Shown here: one piece after another, positions 56,684 to 63,736 of the stretch
Layout of the letters: every line of letters starts with the position of its first letter
Numbering within the stretch: the first letter of the stretch is position 1
Assembly: GCA_051294375.1 (NCBI GenBank)
Contig: CM119266.1
Coordinates: 15,214,991 to 15,278,726, forward strand
Direction: 5' to 3'
Length of the DNA stretch: 63,736 bases
Origin: Paraspadella gotoi
Taxonomy: Eukaryota > Animalia > Chaetognatha
The notes under the pieces: generated by a model
The model's input: only the letters and a program-made list of their open reading frames with translations
The model's database searches: none
Told to the model about the DNA's origin: nothing
Made by a program: the position numbers and the translations under genes

Positions 56684-59600
56684 ACTCCTCTTCTTCTCTT
56701 CTACTTCTCTCTCTCTCCTCTTCTCTCCTCTCTCTCTCTCTCTCTTCTCTCTGCTCTCTCTCTCTTCTCTCTTCTCTCTCTCTCTCTCTCCTCCCTCACA
56801 GGACTTTCTCCCAAACCCAACATACATTATTGGTCGCGGCGCAAAAAAGATAAAAGATTCCACTTCTCGTCTGCGACACATCTTCCTTTGTTCTCTCCCG
56901 TAATACTTCCCTGACGACCGTACATACCGGCTCGACAGCGTGGATCTCTTCCCTCTCTCTCGTAGTCCATTGATTCCTCAGCTCATCCGAACGCCAAGCC
57001 GTTTAGACCGGAGCGGCGCGCGGCTGCCGATCGAACTCACTTCTCCCTTCCGGTTCTTCTTCCGCTCGGATCGGGGAGGATTTTTTCTCTCTCCGCGGCT
57101 TTCTTCCGGATCTCTCTCTTTTGAAAAGCCAAAGTTTTGCTTAACATAATTCTGCATGATTGGTTTAGCTTGGTTCGGCTTGGTGCTTGGCGCGAGTCGG
57201 CCGGCCAGGTGGTTATGAGGGCGAGAGAAGGAGGGGAGGAGAAGGAGACGAGAATGAGGAACCAACTTTTTTTTTCCTGAGGGACGAAAAAAGAAGTATT
57301 TTTAGATTTCGTCTTCGTTCATCTTTTTCTCGGGTTTCTGTCCAAAACTTCTTGTAGCCCTCAAAATATGTTAACATTCGTCAACTAGTGTCATTTATTT
57401 ACTTATTGATTCGTGATTGTTATCTATAAAAACTCAGAAAACAACAATAAAGACGAACCCCCTAGAAATCGCAATGAGAACTCAACCATGCAACAACAAC
57501 AACAACAACAACAACGACAAAAGACGACGACAACGAGTCCCGTTGTTTGTCGGTCCGCGGTTCGGCTGGCCATGAATTCCGCTTAGCTGATTCCGTCCTC
57601 CCGTCGTCGTCGTCGTCGTCGTNNNNNNNNNNNNNNNNNNNNNNNNNNNNNNNNNNNNNNNNNNNNNNNNNNNNNNNNNNNNNNNNNNNNNNNNNNNNNN
57701 NNNNNNNNNNNNNNNNNNNNNNNNNNNNNNNNNNNNNNNNNNNNNNNNNNNNNNNNNNNNNNNNNNNNNNNNNNNGATGGGATGGAGCAGCGATGAAGTA
57801 ACTCGAGATTGAAGGACTGTGGGGAAAGAAGAGTGATACTGGAGGGTGACAAGGATGCAGTTGTCTCCCAGGATCAGGATTTTTGGAGTTTCTTTCTTCT
57901 CGAAGAAGAATAAAAACTATTGAGTTCATGACGAAGGCCGCGCGAGACCAGGAAATCTTTTCGGCGACGGTGAATCGAATTTTATCCGAGAAGATGTTTT
58001 TGTTGTGAGTTTTTTTTGTTCGAGAANNNNNNNNNNNNNNNNNNNNNNNNNNNNNNNNNNNNNNNNNNNNNNNNNNNNNNNNNNNNNNNNNNNNNNNNNN
58101 NNNNNNNNNNNNNNNNNNNNNNNNNNNNNNNNNNNNNNNNNNNNNNNNNNNNNNNNNNNNNNNNNNNNNNNNNNNNNNNNNNNNNNNNNNNNNNNNNNNN
58201 NNNNNNNNNNNNNNNNNNNNNNNNNNNNNNNNNNNNNNNNNNNNNNNNNNNNNNNNNNNNNNNNNNNNNNNNNNNNNNNNNNNNNNNNNNNNNNNNNGCG
58301 GGGCCAACGTTTTCATGGAGGTCAAATATGCGACGCGACTCGACAACTTACCTCCGACGCCACTTTTCCGCCTCAAATCGTCTCCACTCCCACCATCCAG
58401 TCACCCCCGACCACCGCGATTACCACCTCCAACCGCTACCTCTGCAACGCCTCCTCAACCTCCCGTGCGGAATCTAACGCCATCACCCGGCGGAAAAGAT
58501 AACTCGATAATCGGGGAAATTCTGACGAGACATAAGTCAAGGTGACAACCGAAAAAAAAAAGCCAGGAAAGCATCTCTGGAGAGAGAGAAAAAAAAACAG
58601 AGGTGCATACGGAGCAATAAACAGAGGGGACAGTTCGGAGAAAAACAAAAGAACACGTCCACAAAAAAAAGACCCGGAGAAAAAAAAGGAAGATATAAAT
58701 TTGATGAGAGAAAAAGAAAGGGAAGAGGGAAAAGGAAGATAGAGAAAGGCGTAGTGAATCTGACTCATTTCATAATAGGTTCTCCGCGTTCATTCGTATT
58801 TTCAAAAAAAAATTATTTTTTATCAGAAAGAGCGAAAAATTTGATTGTCTGTAAATATCCACCGTCTCTCTCTCTCTCTCTCTNNNNNNNNNNNNNNNNN
58901 NNNNNNNNNNNNNNNNNNNNNNNNNNNNNNNNNNNNNNNNNNNNNNNNNNNNNNNNNNNNNNNNNNNNNNNNNNNNNNNNNNNNNNNNNNNNNNNNNNNN
59001 NNNNNNNNNNNNNNNNNNNNNNNNNNNNNNNNNNNNNNNNNNNNNNNNNNNNNNNNNNNNNNNNNNNNNNNNNNNNNNNNNNNNNNNNNNNNNNNNNNNN
59101 NNNNNNNNNNNNNGGCGCGACCGACCGACTTGCCCCCCTCATCGCCTTATCAATTTTCTCTCCGATCCCAATGCTCATCCAGACCAGACGGTCCACCTTT
59201 GGAGTTGTCTACAATGTCAGTTTTTCTCGATCTTTTGGTCAGACAAAAGGGCAGCGGGAGACGATGAAAATGTTTTCAGAAAAAATTTGAAAAATAAAGA
59301 AAATATAAAGATTACAAAAATTTAAAATTTCCATTAACTTCAGTCTCATAGAAAATCCTAAAAGCTACGCAAAAAGTAACTCGAATATTATTAAATTACC
59401 TCCTAATTGATATTCGTCAAAGCTAAATTTTTTTTTTCTGTCTTCGTCGCCTTCTTAATCATCCTCCCGGTCGTCTCTGTAGTCGAGGACCTTCGTTGGG
59501 GTCTTCGTCGTCGTCGTCGTTGTCGTCGCCATCTTGGTCGCAGTCGTCGTCGTCGACGTCCTTGTCGTCGAGTGATTAGGACGTTGCTTTAGAATTTCTA

Positions 59601-59818
59601 GGATAAATGGGTTAACCCGGTTCCCGCGATGGGAGGTGAGGCGAGGCGAAGGGTGAGGTAAGAGAAGGAGGCGTTGCGTCGGGAATTGCGCCGTCGTCGC
59701 CGCGTGAATGATAAAAAAAATGTGGATCGAGGATCCCACGCGAGGTGGCGGGACAGGTGGCCAAGACGTCAACGTTGCTGTGCCTCGGATAAAGACTTGA
59801 AGGTGGCAAGGAGGATGG

Positions 59819-59836
59819 TGGCCACCAGAGGGCCTC
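59819..59836 (+). promoter_or_regulatory. CTCF-like motif
   Basis: TGGCCACCAGAGGGCCTC. The first 15 nt match the CTCF core TGGCCRCCAGRGGGC. Confidence 0.5.
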
Positions 59837-59974
59837 GGCCGCCGCGGGGCTCCGAGTCCATTACGTCGTCCCGCTCTCAAATGAAGGCCCCATTTCTTGA
59901 GGGATTTTCTTCACGCGGTTCGCGTTTCACGACGACATAATCACGGCGCGACCTCTGGTGGAGGGCAAGGGGGA

Positions 59975-60006
<32 letters not shown>

Positions 60007-60484
60007 AGTCAATTATTACCAGAGCAAAGTCTGAGACGACGACGAAAAAAAAGACGAAGACGGCAAACGAAGTTTGTTTTGATGACGAAGACTTGAATGA
60101 AGATGACGGCGAAAACGACGATGACTGCGANNNNNNNNNNNNNNNNNNNNNNNNNNNNNNNNNNNNNNNNNNNNNNNNNNNNNNNNNNNNNNNNNNNNNN
60201 NNNNNNNNNNNNNNNNNNNNNNNNNNNNNNNNNNNNNNNNNNNNNNNNNNNNNNNNNNNNNNNNNNNNNNNNNNNNNNNNNNNNNNNNNNNNNNNNNNNN
60301 NNNNNNNNNNNNNNNNNNNNNNNNNNNNNNNNNNNNNNNNNNNNNNNNNNNNNNNNNNNNNNNNNNNNNNNNNNNNNNNNNNNNNNNNNNNNNNNGGCGG
60401 CGGCGGGGAATTGTTTATTGTAACGCGTTTCCGCCTTTGTTAAGGGGTTAAGCGCGTGCAGGGGTCGCGCTCGTTAAAACGCGG

Positions 60485-60541
60485 CGATTGGGCTACGGCC
60501 GGCCCCGCCCACCGGGACTCAGACCAATCACCAGGCGGCGC
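60485..60541. promoter_or_regulatory. Promoter-like cluster: two CCAAT boxes and a GC-box
   Basis: gattggg ~60486, ccccgccc ~60503 and gaccaatca ~60522, followed by caccaggcggcgc, in a CpG-dense patch. Confidence 0.35.
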
Positions 60542-61128
60542 GCGTTTTTCCCGGGGGCGCGTTGTCTTCGGCGATGGAAGGGATGTGTGGAGAGATGTAA
60601 GGTGTAAGAGGGGAGTTGGCAAAGTATTTCCAAATGTATATCCGTCGCTAAAATATCTAATATTTAATATTTAAACTTACACTAATAATCATTTTATTTT
60701 ATGCACAAGCGCTTGTATTATGAAGGACGTCTCTCACATTGTTTNNNNNNNNNNNNNNNNNNNNNNNNNNNNNNNNNNNNNNNNNNNNNNNNNNNNNNNN
60801 NNNNNNNNNNNNNNNNNNNNNNNNNNNNNNNNNNNNNNNNNNNNNNNNNNNNNNNNNNNNNNNNNNNNNNNNNNNNNNNNNNNNNNNNNNNNNNNNNNNN
60901 NNNNNNNNNNNNNNNNNNNNNNNNNNNNNNNNNNNNNNNNNNNNNNNNNNNNNNNNNNNNNNNNNNNNNNNNNNNNNNNNNNNNNNNNCTCTCTCTCTCT
61001 CCCTCTCCTTCTATTTTCCTTCACCATCAGTTTTCTTTCCCCCATAATTTATCCCTTTCCTCTTCGCATTGTCTGCCAAAAAAACTTCCTTTTGCGTGGC
61101 GTCTTAAAAATATCCCACGAAAGGAAAA

Positions 61129-61190
<62 letters not shown>

Positions 61191-62019
61191 CTTTTAAATA
61201 GAATCTGTTTCAATTCTTAGACTTTCTACCGTATAAACGTTAAAATTTAAACGCTGTTATTAAGGTTGGAACAATATAAAATAATACGAATGTAAACGCA
61301 GATTTCAAGTTTTTCTCTTCACTTCCCCCTTATTTTTTTTTCAACAAAAAAACTTTCTCCAAAAGCTCTAATTTTTTTTTCAGCCGTAAATTTCCAATTC
61401 AATCCGGGATACTTTTCTCTTTTCGCCGTTCGGTCGCCTTCCCGTAAATTTCGAATTAAATCCGGGCTTGATATCGGGGGGGGGNNNNNNNNNNNNNNNN
61501 NNNNNNNNNNNNNNNNNNNNNNNNNNNNNNNNNNNNNNNNNNNNNNNNNNNNNNNNNNNNNNNNNNNNNNNNNNNNNNNNNNNNNNNNNNNNNNNNNNNN
61601 NNNNNNNNNNNNNNNNNNNNNNNNNNNNNNNNNNNNNNNNNNNNNNNNNNNNNNNNNNNNNNNNNNNNNNNNNNNNNNNNNNNNNNNNNNNNNNNNNNNN
61701 NNNNNNNNNNNNNNNNNNNNNNNNNNNNNNNNNNNNNNNNNNGGGGGGGCGGTTTGTTGCTCTAACGCGTGACGTCGGTTATTACTGAGGCGAAACGAGG
61801 AAAATTTGTGTGTGTGTGTTTTTCTATCTTTTTTTCTTTTTCCACTTTTTTTTTTCCGCTGTGGTCGTTTTCTCTCTCTCTCTCTTTCACCCTCGTCCTA
61901 TAATTCGTTTTCTCAGTTTTTCTCTTCCCTTTTTTCTCTTTTGTTTCAGTTTCTTTCGTCGTTTTCGTTTTCTCTCGCTTTCCGTATCTTTTCATCACCC
62001 CCTTATTTCTTGACGTTTT

Positions 62020-62146
62020 GAGGCCCCCTGGCGGCCATATTTGTTGCAGGTTTTTTTTTTCTCTCTCATGCTTTCTGGTCGCTAAGCAACGGCAACCGTC
62101 TTGTTTATCATCAACTGCCGGCTTTTTCGATGTGACACCGGAAATG
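62020..62146. promoter_or_regulatory. CTCF-like motif (minus strand) with adjacent X-box and ETS sites
   Basis: Minus-strand TGGCCGCCAGGGGGCCTC 62020-62037, GTCGCTAAGCAAC 62078-62090 and ACCGGAAATG 62137-62146. Confidence 0.5.
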
Positions 62147-63736
62147 AAGAATGACCGCCCTTTCGGCGACTTCGTTTGACAATCGAAGCCGGCGTTCGTC
62201 GTCGTCGTTATGGTCGCTCGAATCGTCGTTGTCGCTCCAGAAATAATTTTTTTTTTCTCTCTCTCTCTCTCTCTCCTCTCTCTCTCCGAAAAAGTTCCAA
62301 TTACTGCGAAATCCGTTGCGACGCTCGAAATTACTTACGGTGATTACAAGTAGTACTTCAATTACTACGACTCCGATCTCGTCGTTCCACCGATTTTTGA
62401 TTTTTTTCCCGTTTTCGCGCGACAGAGATATATTAACAACGGAATCAATCTGGCGAATACTACGATTCGCATCTGCGTCCGTTTACAACTGTTTTTTTTA
62501 TTTTTTTTTTNNNNNNNNNNNNNNNNNNNNNNNNNNNNNNNNNNNNNNNNNNNNNNNNNNNNNNNNNNNNNNNNNNNNNNNNNNNNNNNNNNNNNNNNNN
62601 NNNNNNNNNNNNNNNNNNNNNNNNNNNNNNNNNNNNNNNNNNNNNNNNNNNNNNNNNNNNNNNNNNNNNNNNNNNNNNNNNNNNNNNNNNNNNNNNNNNN
62701 NNNNNNNNNNAAAAAAACCTTTCCCAATGGGTGATTTCTCATTTGGAATGAGCAACGATTCGAATAAAGCTTTCAATTCGAGTTCCCTTTCCCGCTTTTT
62801 TTTTTCTTTTTCTCTTTTCTTCTCGAGGCGGTCGTTGCAGGAGGGGGGGTGTAGCGGGCGTGTCGGAAGAGGGCGTCGCTCGGCCAGAAGGGGTCGGCGT
62901 CGGTGGGCGAGAACGGCGTCGGCTTCTTCCGCTTTGACGCCTTTTCAGAGATTCCGTTTTATGCTTCATGTAAAGTACAATGAAATTGCGTACACAGCTC
63001 GGGTGCAATTCGAAAACTCCCGATTCAAACAATGACCGGCGGCACTAATTTCCCCTCCGCAACTTGCGGCCAGCGCGTGCTCGCATGGATTCGTCGGACG
63101 GAAGATGCTGCGTGCGAGCGGTTTGCGCGCGCGAGATTGTAGGGAGGAGCGATCGGGGGCAACGCGCGTCCAGCGAGTTGTAAGCCTCAAACGGAGTCTA
63201 TCAATCTGGTCATCTTTTAAATGGCCGCCATAAATGGGCAGCAAATGAGTCCCCGGGGGCCAGCGGACCNNNNNNNNNNNNNNNNNNNNNNNNNNNNNNN
63301 NNNNNNNNNNNNNNNNNNNNNNNNNNNNNNNNNNNNNNNNNNNNNNNNNNNNNNNNNNNNNNNNNNNNNNNNNNNNNNNNNNNNNNNNNNNNNNNNNNNN
63401 NNNNNNNNNNNNNNNNNNNNNNNNNNNNNNNNNNNNNNNNNNNNNNNNNNNNNNNNNNNNNNNNNNNNNNNNNNNNNNNNNNNNNNNNNNNNNNNNNNNN
63501 NNNNNNNNNNNNNNNNNNNNNNNNNNNNNNNNNNNNNNNNNNNNNNNNNNNNNNNNNNNNNNNNNNNNNNNNNNNNNNNNNNNNNNNNNNNNNNNNNNNN
63601 NNNNNNNNNNNNNNNNNNNNNNNNNNNNNNNNNNNNNNTCTCCCTCTCTCTCCCTCTCTCCGACATTAATGACACTTTTGATATTGAAAAGAGGCCGGTC
63701 GGGATACGAGATGGCGTCTTCACGTGAGCGAGAGAC

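Noticed and set aside
59958-60130. Thr/Asp-rich ORF before a gap
   Set aside because: It is largely explained by (GAC)n repeats that occur throughout the window, and no acceptor site was found.
63079-63119. Hairpin gctcgcatg...cgtgcgagc as a possible pre-miRNA or ncRNA
   Set aside because: It has only a 9-bp stem with a poorly paired interior, which is common in GC-rich DNA. No known RNA family was recognised.

Overview
Eukaryotic, most likely animal, genomic DNA from a low-quality gapped scaffold. It has 33 N-gaps, dozens of (GA/CT)n tracts, (GAC/GTC)n and (CCG)n repeats, and abundant CpG. I see no prokaryote-type genes, RNA genes, CRISPR arrays or transposase/RT ORFs. Nearly all ORF-track entries are translations of microsatellites or N-runs. 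The dominant structure is seven local duplications: tandem/direct pairs of about 0.25, 0.4, 1.5 and 7.0 kb, and inverted pairs of about 0.2, 1.4 and 1.4 kb. Their copies differ mainly by 1-2 nt indels, and all lie beside or near one of six gaps of exactly 25 N. This points to long-read gap-filling artefacts rather than biology. Plausible biological signals are one well-formed 171-nt acidic coding exon (18490-18660, +), a few weaker exon candidates, promoter-like motif clusters (ETS/YY1/NF-Y/Sp/RFX), and a convergent pair of near-consensus CTCF-like motifs (59819, 62023). I found no convincing novel biological system.
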